Source: Bilabrum cf. latius (taxonomy: Eukaryota). Taken from it: 64,000 nt of DNA. Positions 37,701 to 49,816 of the stretch are shown here, piece by piece. A program made the position numbers and the translations under genes. How positions within the stretch are numbered: the stretch's first letter is position 1; every line of letters begins with the position of its first letter. The notes beneath the pieces are model-generated. The model was not told the DNA's origin. It saw nothing but the letters and a program-made list of their open reading frames with translations, and ran no database searches. The DNA is taken from NCBI GenBank assembly GCA_965178125.1, contig OZ237762.1:310001-374000 (forward strand), read 5' to 3'.

Positions 37701-38312
37701 CCTGACTGGGCTGGAGTGGATCTTTCGGTGGTCCTAGAGGCAACCAATCGGGACAATGGGACTGCTGTCAAATCTGGCCCGCGATACCATGTCATTCGAG
37801 TTCAAGTGAAGGGTGGAAAGGCCAGTGTTCCCTTGAATCGCATCAAGCCTTTCCTGAGCAAAGCGAATGTTGACAAGGCGAGAGGTGCCTACGCTCGTGC
37901 GCTTGGCGTGGGAGAGGACGAGATCCAGTTCCATCGCCTGCTGGCTACCATGCCACCTGTGGCGCCGAAAGTTCGAAAACTGTTTGCGCCGGCGGCCGGG
38001 GCTGAGTCAGAATCGCCAGCGGCTGGGAAGTTGGATGCGAAATCTGACGAGCACGTAAATGATTCTTCGTTGGATGGCTACGACCTGTCGGACATGTGGC
38101 TTCTAGAAGACAAGGAATTCGTGGACTTCCTATTCCCTGATGCCCAGATAACGCTGCATCGACTGGGACACAAGGTCGTGACTAAGGAGAGGGAGAGCGA
38201 GCTGATGCAGGCTGTCAACCCATTGGACAGGCAGGTACCCAGACACTCTCCGGCACAAGTCGATTTCTGGGCCCCATTGAGGGAAAAGGCCGAAGACAAC
38301 GGCCCGATTTGA
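34776..38312 (+). CDS. ~1178-aa P-loop NTPase plus PD-(D/E)xK restriction-endonuclease-fold protein (Crinkler/RHS-type architecture)
   Basis: Walker A GYEGLGKS, Walker B LIAYDEAQ, sensor-like VLTGT, and C-terminal GKDFE..GVDL..RVQVK. Six track ORFs in one frame joined by eight TAGs (34887, 35046, 35268, 35679, 36933, 36975, 37278, 37302). Ends TGA. Start ATG inferred. Confidence 0.72.
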
Positions 38313-39146
38313 GACTATTTCGTGAGTAGGAGTGCCAAGGCTTGTTCTCCACATCAAGCCTCTGATCGTGGTGGTGGGCGTTCGGAAAGACCAACTGCGA
38401 CCATGCGACTGCCACCATGCGTGACTGTCTGCGAGATTATATACCTATCGTCGGATGTGGTTTGGGTTTGATGCGACGAAGAGAGCGAAGGTGGGGATGT
38501 CTCCCGGTTTCTGTTCTGGTGTAGGGACCGGCCGCAACCGGTGGCAAATGCCCACCATAGTCTCTATGAGTTGCAGCTCTCTCTGTATTCAGGAGAAGGA
38601 CGGAGTTCGGGTTAATTCGTTTTACTATGTCTGATTGATCCGGATTGGGAGGCCAGCTTGCGCGTTATCTCTACGACCATCAAAGTGGTGTGTATAGTGT
38701 GTGATCCAGCCTAGATCTACGGTGTTCATGGCATCTTGCCTTTCACCCCTTTCTTCCAACACGAAGTCCAGACACACCGACTAGGCTTGTCTGCGTCTGG
38801 CAGCCTGCCCGCTCCTGGCCTCGTCCCTGTTCCCTCCATGCTGGGGCGATTGGGCCCCGCCCGATGCCGATGCCTCGCCATCCTTCGGATCCTGCTGCAG
38901 AGGGAGGCGTCTAGCATCTCTAAAGGATCGATTGCACGCAGAGCATCCTTGGCCTCAGCCACCGCTGGCGCACTTTTTCGACCATGACCTGGAGAGGTCT
39001 TGTAATGCTGAGTTCAGTAACAAATGTGTAGACCTACCAGTTAACTCAAAGGTGCTGAGAAAGAGGGCGACGGTGCACAGGACCTGGGCAGAACCATGTT
39101 CATCGGGTGTCAGGCCCGTCGACGCTCCGCGGCGGACCGGTAGTAT

Positions 39147-40948
39147 CCGTGACCCCACAGATCTTGTCGTGTAGTTGACTCGGAATATTTAAAAAAGGAA
39201 GCACTCAGGAACGTTCATTAACACGGCATAATGCAACTGAATTATATCTCCGTGTGAAGTCGTTAGTTTCTAGTTTTTAGATCAAAAAGAAGATTTTTGA
39301 TATCTTGTATACTGCAAGAGATATGCGCGATCAAAAACCGTGGATTTGGGCTTCAGCTGGGCTCAATATCGTGACGAGTGTCCCCACACATCTTGACAGG
39401 TAGTTTGTATCTCCAAAATCATTGTACTCTAAGCAAACCCATTGATGTCGTATCAGTACATGCAGAACATGACTATTAAAACTATCGATACAGCCAAACA
39501 ATTTTGGTGCTTATTCAAATTTAGGCACGCTGTAGCTCGTTGAACCAGGCCTCTTTGGACTGCCACTAAATTTGCTTTCTTTCATCTCTGTATTCTACAG
39601 TATCGGCTTGCAGCGCAAACTGTAGGCAACATTTCCAATATGAGCGCTTTCAAAAACAAATGCGTAGCATGGAATTCCGATAGTTGTTTCCGATGGGCCC
39701 GTTTTGTCGACTAAACATGCGTTTGTGCAGATCAAGTCAGAACCTGGCAACACCAATGCGAGATGAGCGCAGCATACTACACGCAGGATCGTATCAATGC
39801 AATCTTTATATGGAAGTAGACGATATAGTCCAAAGCTTAACTTGCACATGTTGCAGAGCCCGTCTGTAACGGCAGGTCTCTACACCAGTATGCGGATCTT
39901 GCATCACGGGCGAATCCACCGATCCTCGCTCTTTAATGAGGCATACAGCCATCTAAGCCAGAATTTATGCATTAAATATTAGTGAGGATTCTATTCATGC
40001 GATGATATGCGTATTGATTGAATATTGGCGAGCATGGCCCACGCAGTCCTGCCGTCGGTCAATCGGTAGAGGTGCGCGAAGCATGTATCCTGTGCCCAAG
40101 TCGTTTGCTGTTCTGCAATTTCCTGTACCTGAAATCATGCCATACATTGGTATTCTATCCAACCGGCTAGGTCGGAGTTATCTACCACCCTGAATAATGG
40201 CCTGGGACCTGGTTCAGTGACACGAGGTGCTAGGTCAGCCAGCGACACGAACAACTACCGTTTATGCTCCTTCAATAATGCATCAACAGTAGATTCACTC
40301 ATACCAATGGTTCAATGAAGTCCTAATTTTACCAAGAGTGCGTTTTCAGTCTCTAGCTTTCTCATGGACGCCCAAGTCGGGCGACTCTGTCTCATGTGTA
40401 CCAGCCAGCGAATCTGGCCACGGGCAACGACCTCAGTAATGTATGATTATGGAGCGGTAAAACTCCAAGAATGATGAGGCCTATAATAGTATAAACCAAA
40501 ACAACGCAAAAATCGAATCAGTTTGGTCTGCATGCATCATGCAAAGTGCACGTAGTTATGATGCCCAATCGATCCAACCTCCGGCTTCAACTCAGTGCAC
40601 AAAAGTGACGCAAAGCATAAAATAGAGCCAATCACACATGTACATGCTATATGTGGCTTAGTTGGGAGAGTCGTAGTTTACGTTTCATACAAATCGGCCC
40701 GCATCCAAGTATCAATAGTAAAGATGATCCAACACGTACGGTACACAGCCCTAGTACAGTGCATGAAGCCTACTTCGAGGTTTACTCCTGACCATACTAC
40801 GATTACGATATATATAAATGCTTGAAGCAAAGACTTCCCAAAGAATACTCATTAAATCTCGCGTAAAATAGGAGTTTGTGCCAAACACGCCAAGATGTGT
40901 GGGCGTGCTCGTCACACTTACTACACGACAAGATCTGTGGGGTCACGG
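39147..40948. mobile_element. 1.8-kb AT-rich element with perfect 29-bp terminal inverted repeats and apparent AT target duplication; non-autonomous or decayed DNA transposon
   Basis: CCGTGACCCCACAGATCTTGTCGTGTAGT at 39147-39175 and its exact reverse complement at 40920-40948. AT flanks both ends. No long ORF seen inside. Confidence 0.8.
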
Positions 40949-41154
40949 ATCAGTGTGCTGATGCCGACAAACACTCGCCAAGCTCGCCACGGGGGCTCTT
41001 TGCTTTGTTCCAAATGGTGCGGATCTTTGCATCCTGTGCACGAGGCGGCTCGCCTGATTGCGGTCCACCACACCAAGCTCCTTCGCATGGCAGTCCAAGC
41101 ACTTGCTACAATAAGCTGTGAGACGGCACCATGCCTGTCAATCTGTGACCACAC

Positions 41155-41492
41155 CGGGACTGACCCCCACGTGGCTGATCAACTGCCTCGCCTGCTGCGT
41201 GAAGCAAGCAGCCACGGCCCAGTCTCTGATCGGCAAGTTCCCTCAGGTGGACAGCAGCGCCACCCAATCGGTGCTTGGCCTCAGGTTCATGGGCCAGCTG
41301 GACTCTTACATCGACATGGGACACTCCGCCATCCAGCACGGGTATGCAGAGGACAAGTCCGAGGACAAGTCGCTGAGCAGAAAGCAGCCCGGGCTGATGG
41401 AGCCGTTTGTGGACGGTATCAAGATCAAGGGCAGGGAGGCCGTGGAGGAGGGTGCGGGAGGTGGAGCAGCTGCCTAGGGTGAGGACAAGTGA
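41155..41492 (+). pseudogene. 5'-truncated duplicate of the SDR gene 3' end
   Basis: GLTPTWLINCLACC..GGGAAA identical in protein to the 33601-33938 segment, but lacks the N-terminal Rossmann and catalytic parts. Confidence 0.85.
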
Positions 41493-41669
41493 GCCAAGGG
41501 TGAGGCCAAGTGAGCGATCCTGGCTGGTGCTGCACGATCCCGGGTGTGACATGCGTGCTGAAAGGATGCGATAGAGTGCAAGTTTCCATTTTGTTTGTTT
41601 CGAAGATCCATCGCCGGGCAGAGGCGAGAGATCACCGAGCCGCGATCAAAGCCCAAGCTGCCTGGCTCT
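41155..41669 (+). repeat. 515-bp direct repeat, right copy
   Basis: Matches 33601-34115 and contains the functional stop of the 41646 gene. Confidence 0.95.
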
Positions 41670-44600
41670 GAACCAGAAGGCGGCCGTAGTGGCTGCCACC
41701 ACCACGAAGCAGATGATCATGGTCCTCTCCGCGTAGAAAGCCGACCACTGCATCTCCTTCCTCTGCCTCCTCCTCTCCGCCTTCTTCTGCGCTTTCTTCG
41801 AGGATCTCCTCCTCTTCATTCTCTCCACGCCGTCTGCCTCCAGCCGAGGCGATATCACCCTCCTGCCCCTGAAGTCAGACTCGCCAGACACTGCGCTGCT
41901 GGCGGTGGCAGTGGCACCAGCCCTCTCGCCACCAGACGAAGCCTGACCCGCCCCCCTGTTGTTCCCTGACGCATTGATGGGTCGCCTCGCTCCCGCTGAC
42001 ACGTCTCTCTCGTACTGGTTCCGCCTGTACACTGGCCCTTTGATCGCCAGCATGTGCCTCATTGCGTGGTACCCGTCAGAGGCACGCCTCCCTCTGCCCT
42101 TGCCTCCCCCTCTGCCCGTGCCCGTGCCCGTGCGAGCGCCCCCTCTCTGGGCACCGCCACCCCCGGGACCCTCCTTTGTTCCCTGGTTAGCCTCGGTGTC
42201 CTCCAGCGGATCGCTATCTGGTCCCCCCGCCAGGCCACCTGCCACGTGCCGCACCGGGCTGAGTTCCCCAGAGAACAGCAGCCCGGCTTGCGCGACCCGG
42301 CCTCCTGCAAGCCTCCTCGCCCGGTTGTCCACCACTGCAGGCACGCCGTCATCGAGCACCCCCTGAAGGAAATCGTCCTCCCTGGCCAGCCCATGGGCGG
42401 CATGTCCAGGCACGAATTCGTCCTCCTCGTCGCTGTGCGCCTCATAGCCCGGGATGAAGGGAACGTTCGCCACCGAGTTCCTCCGGCCGATGCTGGAGGT
42501 GCTGGAGATGTACCGGCTGATCCTGCTGTCCCCTGAGTCGCTCCTGCCCTCCTCGCTGTCTGCCGCAATGTGGCCAGAGATCCCTGTGCTGGCTTGCACC
42601 GCATCATGGCCTTGCATCCTCCTCCCCCCTGCCCTGTCCTGCACCCGACCCTTTCCACCTCCTGGTGTCACCCCTGTCGCCTGCTCGGGCCGATGGTCGA
42701 GCCTGCCCGCGCTGCCACTGCCGCTCGGCATGATCTTGCCACTGCCGTACGCAGACACCCTACTCTGTCGTGTGCGACCGGCCCATCTCTACTTGTGGCT
42801 GGGTGAACTGGGCGCTTGTGGCACCTGCACACCGGCAGCTTCTGCAAGCGTTTCTGCAGCGTGCTGCTCCGTCGCTGCTGCCGCCATGCTGCCCTGCCCA
42901 TTTGCCTCAAGCACCGGGCTGCTCCCCGGTTCCACCAGCGGTGCCGTCACTTCTACTCGCATGGGTGGCGGGAGCCCGCCCATCTCGCTGTTGAGGGCAG
43001 GGGCCTCGAAGGTCGCTGGACCACCGTGACCAGTAGCACTCGAATCGTGCGACACGTCCTGCGTATCATCCGCAGCAATGCTGCTTGACCCGTCCTAGTT
43101 CTTACCCGACCCCTGAGCCTGAGTCTGCTGGCCCCTGCTCGATATGAGCTCCGCCTCCCCCACGACGGCTCCACCAGCCCCGGCTGCCGAGCCACCAGAG
43201 GCCAAGAGGCTGGCACTGCTAGCCCTGCCCTTGAACCCCATACGAGGCGGCGCATCAACGCCGCCCTCCTCCAGGTCCTCGCCAGCGCTGCGCTGCGAGT
43301 CGCTGGAGGACCCACTTGAGCTGTCGCTGTTCCTGGCACGGTCTGGACTCTGCATCAGCAGGCCAGAGGCAACGCCCATGTGGAACGAGCGCTTCCTCGA
43401 AACGTCATTAGGGCCGCCTTGCAGCTCGTATCGTGGCATGCGGTGCTCCCCGTCGCGAGCTGTCTGTAGCAGCGAGCTGCTGTCACCATCAGCAGTCACC
43501 TCCACTTCCTTCTGCGAGTCGCGCTGCGAATTTGAGGCACCGCTGGACCCGCGGGAGCGACCCGTGTCCTTGTTCTCAGACGTGCCGTCGCTCGAGTCCA
43601 AGATGCCGTCCCTTGTGGCCGTATTCGCAGTGATAACGGCAGCCGTGTCGGTGCGCTTGTTGGAGTTCCTATTGGCTTCAATCAGGTCCTGGTTCACGAG
43701 CTGCTGAGAGAGTGACAAGCTCTAGGACACGCGGCGCACGTGCTAAGCGCTGTAGTCGGCCCCGTGGTGCGCCCTGGGTTGGGTAGACCCCAGCACCCGC
43801 TTGCTCCTCTGCCGCTCCTGGCTCATGCTTTCCGCGCGAGAGCGGGAGCTGCGACCCACGCTGCCGCTGAGGAAGTGCCTGCTGCCGTGGCTTGCCGAGG
43901 ACTTGCTCCGATTCCGCTATTCCCCCAGGTTGGCCATGGACACCACGGCGCCCGCGTCTTCGCTCTGTTTCCCGTGGGGTGGGGTCCCTCCGGCATCTCC
44001 GGCGCTGGCGTTTCCAGAGGGCAACACCGCACTGACCCGCTGACCTCCTGGACCGCTGGCGATTGAATGCCGACTCAAAGACCTCGATCGATCCCTCCTC
44101 TCCTGGTTGATGTGACGTGCGGACTCCCGCATGTCCTTGGCCTCTGCATGCGTTGCCAGTCGCATGTGGGCCTGGTGCACGAACCGAACCATCACGAGTG
44201 CCATCTTGCCGCCCCACCGCAGGCGAGCGTACGCGTGGTGCCTCCGAGTGATGATGTAACCCACACCCGAGGCCACGATGGTGATGATGAAGATGAGAAG
44301 GAAACCCGTCCCGAAAAGCATGGACTGCAGCGAGTCCTGCTGCACCCCAATGCCAAGGTACCAGGCCCTCATCTTGCCGCTGAGCGAGTCCTGCTCGTCC
44401 TGGATGTCGTCGAATGACGCCGACAGCACCCTCGAACGGATGGCACCGATCCCAAACATGAGCTCCTCACCCAAAAAGGAAGCAGCCACGCAAGCAGTGG
44501 CGAGGATCTCTTGCAGCACGGCCGATTCGACCTTCTTGGCTGTGGCCTGTGCCTGCCAGAGCGGTTGCACGGGCCACATCACGAACCTCGAGTTGCATTG

Positions 44601-46260
44601 CGTGATTGCCTGCCACAAGTGCACGTAGAGCCGCGTCTCGATAAAGATGATGCGGCCCATCTTGACCAGCGCGGTGAAGCCGAACGCAAGCGAAAACGGG
44701 TCCAGCTGCACGAACGCCACGGCAAGGAACACCCGCGAAAGGAACCCGAACAGGAACTTTGCCGGTTCAGAAGCCACCGGGCTGACGGTAGACGCTGCGG
44801 CCAAGATATCGATGGCATACTGCGTCACACCCAGGACGCCGAGCACGAACGAGATGACCGCCATCTGAAAGATCGGGCTGTCTCGCGTGATGCTGAGCCC
44901 AAAGAAGAGAAACTCTCCGAGCGCGGGCGCGAATGCATCCAGCATCACCACGAGCACCACAACTGCCCCGGGGTCTAGCCGCCGCCGGCCTGCCTCTCTT
45001 CTTGCGTAGTCCCAGAAGATGACCACTCCGGCGAACAATGTTGCCAGCGCACCCATCGGCACCAGAAGAGCCTCGACACCCGACTGGAACGCGATCTAAC
45101 CCAGGGGGATGGCCAGTGCGAAGATCCATGCGGTGATGGACATTAGGCCGGGAGACCACACGGGATTGTGCCTCGCGCAGCACTGGTCATGATGGTTGCA
45201 ATACTCCCGGGCAGGGACGCAGCAGGCGTCGCAGCAGGTGAGGGGGCTGCAGTACCCGCAGCAGATCTTGTTCGTACGAATCCACCGCTGGCAGCTGCCA
45301 CAGACGAGGTAGGCTTCCTGATTTGCCACTTCAGCTACACGGATGTGTGCCTACACCTCGTGCTGCTGTGCCAGCATGACAACCCGCTAATAGTCCTCGT
45401 CCTGCTGCCTGACAGGGCCGTATCCGAGCCTGTCCTGTGGCACAGCCACGGGCCTGGGCACGGGCCGATCGCCACCACTTGTGCCAACCTTGACGGGGGG
45501 CGGCGGCATGGCAACCGCAGCAGGAGTTGCGTTCTGTGTTCCCTCGCCTGGGTGCTGCCTCGATGCCACGTCTTCTGCTTGCGGTGCCTCGCCGTTCTCG
45601 GCAGCCTGTCTCGCGATGACATCGGAATTCTTGGCGGTGTGAATACGCTTAACCTTCGGCATGTCCACGTCTGGGGTATTCCGGCCGTCGGCACTGCCAT
45701 TGCCGTCTCTGTCATCGTCCTGCGCGCCACCCACGTCAATGGTCCGCTCCATCGACCGCTTGCGGTTCATCCCACGGTCCCCGCCGGGACTAGGGTGGAA
45801 GTTGCCGCTCTGGACCAGCTGACCAGGCGAGGCGCCTGATGCCATACCCCCAGCTGCATCGCCTTCCGTGCGTCTTGGGCTCGTGAAGGTGGGCTCCGAT
45901 TCGGTGTTGCCGGTCATGCCTGTGATCACCTTGCCGCTTCCCAGCGAGCTAGTGGAGCTCTAGTGGTGCACATTCACCATGCTCGCAGATTGCCTCGGCG
46001 TGAAATCGTAGCTGGGGTGCTACTCGCCCGCAGGACGGGGCCCTCTACTAGGTGACCTCCCGTCCCCTGATCGGAGCAGCATTTCCTAGCCGTCTGCCGC
46101 CAAGCCGGCAGTGTCGTGGCTGGGGTGCGTCACCTCGCGCATCGCCAGCGTGCGGCTGAGTCCGCTGTTCGAGGAGTTCGTGTGGGCCGAGCTGGAGGTG
46201 CTGGCGGGCTGGCTGCCTCCACCACCGTCAATGGGTGCATCGACCTGCAGCGCGAATGGG

Positions 46261-46312
<52 letters not shown>

Positions 46313-47493
46313 AAGGGCTTGCTTGGGGAGAGCTATCCTGCCCTCTGTCTGGCTGCGGCGTGGACGCTAGTGGCAGCGAAAGCGAGGCAACGGCTCCTTC
46401 CTGCGTGGCTGCACTGGTGCCACCAGTGGACGTCTTCTTGGGAGCTGCACTCGCAGGCTGCAGGGAGTCTGACCCTGTGGATGGCTGCTTGCGAGGAGCA
46501 TCGATGCGAAGCGCACTCGAGCTGCTTCGGTCACCAGCGGCTGGGCGGGCGGCGGTGGGGCTGCCTGCAGGGTGCTCCTTCCCGTCGGCCTCTACTTCTG
46601 CCTCGCTAAACATCCTGTCCACGCGCTTGCCGTCGCCTGTTTCGAACCAACCGCCAGCTGGGGTGTTTGTGGGGTTCGCGGTCGGTGCGGCCAACATGGA
46701 GGCAGCAGCAGCAGCGCCGGCGGTACGGCTGGCACTGGCACTGCTGTCCTGCTTTGACTCTCTGCGAGCCACCACTCGATGAGAGCCACCTGTCTAGTGC
46801 GAGTCTTCGGGCCTGGGCGCCCGATCGAACCCTCCTTCACTGGCAGAGTGCGCCTCGGTGGGTGGTGCATGGCTTGCAGATGTGGTCCTGGACGGGCGCG
46901 GCCCTGATTTGCTGTCTACTCCATTGGCATGAGAGGCATCAGCAGAGCTTGCGGCACTGTGAGGCTCTGCATGCAGGTGCAGCGAACCGTCGGCTTGGCC
47001 CACCGCCAGCACCGCCGCTTTAGCCATGGTCATGGGAGCGTTTGGCAATGCCGCCACCCTCGCCGAGGAGGAGGAAGGGGAGGGGCGCGCGGCAGCGATG
47101 GAGCTCCGCCGCCTGGCCTTTGCCCTGCTGATTGCTGCCAGCGCCTTGCGAGCGAGCCTGTCCCTCGTGGCCTGCGAGGCAGACTGCACCCTGGCCCTCT
47201 CGGCATCAAGGCACAGTACCTCCAGGTCGATTTCCTCCTGCAGTGTAACGGACCCGCAGCAGCACCATGTGTGCGAAGGGCTGAATGCGGGGAGCACTTC
47301 CTCCTGGAACTCGATCTGCGTGCCCTTCATGTCGTGTCTGGCCAAAGCCCGCATCACTGTCGTCACGCTCTCGCCCCCGCTGGGTGCCTTGGCAGAGGAC
47401 GCTGAGGAGAGAGCTCGTTCCCGGCGTGAGACCCCGCCGTTGGGAGGGTCAGGGATGCCTGCCGTCTGCGTTTGCGTTTGCGTTTGCGTCTGC

Positions 47494-47527
<34 letters not shown>

Positions 47528-49178
47528 GGCCTCCTCCAGTGGACGAGGAGGAGGACCCTAGCCCGGTGGGGGTCTGGCGGTCCGTGTCAGACTCTGTGAT
47601 CTTGGGGTAGGCGAGGGCGCTCTTGTGCTCCAGCTCGTGCTTCTTCGACTACAGCTGGCTCTGCCCGCCGTAGGAACCACCCGGCGGATCAGACCCATCT
47701 GGCTCTCCTGCAGGCCTGGTCCCAGCAGCCAGTTGCACCCCCCCACCCCGGGGTACACCCCCGCTGCCCCCACTCGGGGGCATTCTGGTGGAGGGGAGTC
47801 GAAGGGAGGACGAGGAGAAAGCGGCGTGCTTCCTCTGCTCAGAATCCATGTCTGCAGCTGTGGCAACGTGTGACGAGTGGTTGCGCCTGCCAGCATCACG
47901 TTCGCCGCCAGCAGCTGCTTCAGTCCCATCGTGGTGAAACGACTGCCTTCCCTTTGTTGACTGTGGCTGCCTACCGGCTGAGGCAGCATCCGCCCCGCTT
48001 GAGTTATCCAGGCTGCTCCTGCTCCTGGACCTGGATCCGTTGCCATTGCTATTTTCCATGCCCTAGACATCGCCTGCTCCACTGGTGGAGTGGCGGCGCC
48101 GGCGGCGAGTCGCCGCGGCGCCAGTCCCGCTAGCGCCTGCCTTTAGTTCCGCACCGCTGCTTGCGCTTCCGCTGCGGCTGCGTCCCCCGCTGCGATTGGA
48201 CCGCACGCTGCGAGACGATTCGCCGCGCTTTCCACTGGCAGACCGTCCTCCGCCTCGCGACGGACTGGACTGTCCCAAATCTTGTTCGTCGAAACGACGG
48301 CTCACTCCCATGTACTCATAAAAGCGCCCAGATGTGCTTCTTCGATTGTCGTTGCCTGAGCGCGGGCTTTCTGCGCCCTTCGCGAATTGCGGCGAATCGA
48401 TGAGGGTTCTCGCGGCTCGGTGCAACAGTCGGCGTGTGTGCAGCAGCCTGCGGCGATACGCGTAATGCCTCGTCGCAAATAATACCCACGGGATACCAAC
48501 CTAAAGAATCAGCACGGCGCCAATAAAGAACGCCGCTCGGAGCCAGAAGAAGGCCGGTATGGACCGCATTATTTCGCTCCGCTCGGTCAATGTCACATTG
48601 CCGGGTGCCGCCTGCAGGCTCGCAGCTCGAATGCCTCCTCGAAACACAGAACCACCTATTGCGTATCCCCACCACATGGCAGGGGAGTAGCCCCCTCCCA
48701 TGCACGCGGCGTACCACCGAAAGGTCTGTTGCCAGTGGCTGAGCCCCTGACTGAGCCCTACCACGACCGATCTCCAGTGCTTCGTCGACTCCTGTCCGGA
48801 GTATCCTAGAGCACACATACTACCAACCAGAAGTGCGAACGTGAGAGCAAACACAGTGTCGAACAAGCGCTAGTTAGTGACAGACGGGCACGCGAATCGA
48901 GTCCAACATCGCTTGGAACCAGCAGCACGGGGCTCATCCTCTCCATCTCCATTTCCATCGTTGATGAGGGGCTACTCATTCAAGTCCTGGCCATCTAGAC
49001 GAGTCCGCGTGCCATCTCGCATGGTATCGAGCGCGAGTGTGGGTACGTTGAGCGCTGCTTCGCCGTCATCTCCAGCTCCGGATGACCCTCGAATAGCGGC
49101 GTTTGACGGCGCGTTGTTCGCTGGTATAGCGTCTGTAGTCTGCATGTACACTTCCTCTCGCTTGGACTGTTCGTTCAT
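41646..49178 (-). CDS. ~2510-aa multi-pass membrane protein with long disordered loops and poly-Gln tracts, function unknown
   Basis: Twelve track ORFs lie in one frame; 19 in-frame TAGs and no TAA/TGA over 7.5 kb until TGA 41646. Hydrophobic clusters near 48450-48870, 44250-45150 and 41670-41720. Start inferred. Confidence 0.8.
46263..46313 (-). repeat. Coding TAG(CAG)16 poly-Gln tract
   Basis: (CTG)16 followed by CTA on the + strand, in the frame of the large gene. Confidence 0.95.
47490..47528 (-). repeat. Coding (CAG)4-TAG-(CAG)8 poly-Gln tract
   Basis: (CTG)8 CTA (CTG)4 on the + strand, in frame. Confidence 0.95.
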
Positions 49179-49816
49179 GTACACGAACCGAGGTATTCGA
49201 TCGAGTGGCGCGTGCGCATCCACAGAACGCACCAACTTACACGTAGTTCTTGTACGAGTTGGTGGACTAGCGAAAAATGCCTGCGATACTGACTGTAGAA
49301 TATGAAACAAGTGCCAAGGTAGGAGAATACCGCTGCGACTGAATCTCGTAGGCCGTCTCAGGCGGCACCGCCGGTGCTGGGTTCGCCACCCGCGCATGCT
49401 TGGTGCGTCTGTCCTGCACTGCCGTAGTTGGCAGCCAGCAGGAGATGCAGACAATTTATCAAATTTGAACGAACCTGATTGGCAGAGCCACTTCAAAAAG
49501 TGCGCCTTGGTATCCGCCCAGCGGCAAGACTAGACTCCCGAACGTTTGCTTTGGCACAAGCAAACAAAAGCCGAAGAAATCCGGTAATTTCCCGAAGACA
49601 GCCGCAAAGGTTCTCACTGTCAGATATGATAATATATTCCACTCCTGTAGACGTATAATATGGGCTGTATCAGTGGTTCAGCACATGTTGTGCGATGGTC
49701 GCTGTTGGTCGCAAGCCAGTGCGCTCGGCCAAAGGTCTGGTTTGTGTGGAAGTAACGCGTCATTATAGCTGCTCGTGGCGACCACCACCCAGCTCTTCCG
49801 TTCACTACAAATATAC

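Larger units (their letters stand above)
34116..41154. mobile_element. ~7-kb insert bounded by the 515-bp duplication; putative mobile or integrated cargo island
   Basis: Removing the insert and one repeat copy restores a normal tail-to-tail junction between the SDR gene and the 41646 gene. Composition is less GC-rich than the flanks. Confidence 0.6.

Noticed and set aside
38932-41154. Open frame restored by removing the TIR element
   Set aside because: The joined frame is short and has no recognisable motifs, so it may be chance.
33601-41669. 515-bp repeats as LTRs of a retrotransposon
   Set aside because: The repeats are host coding and 3' sequence, lack TG..CA ends, and no gag, RT or integrase motifs were seen between them.
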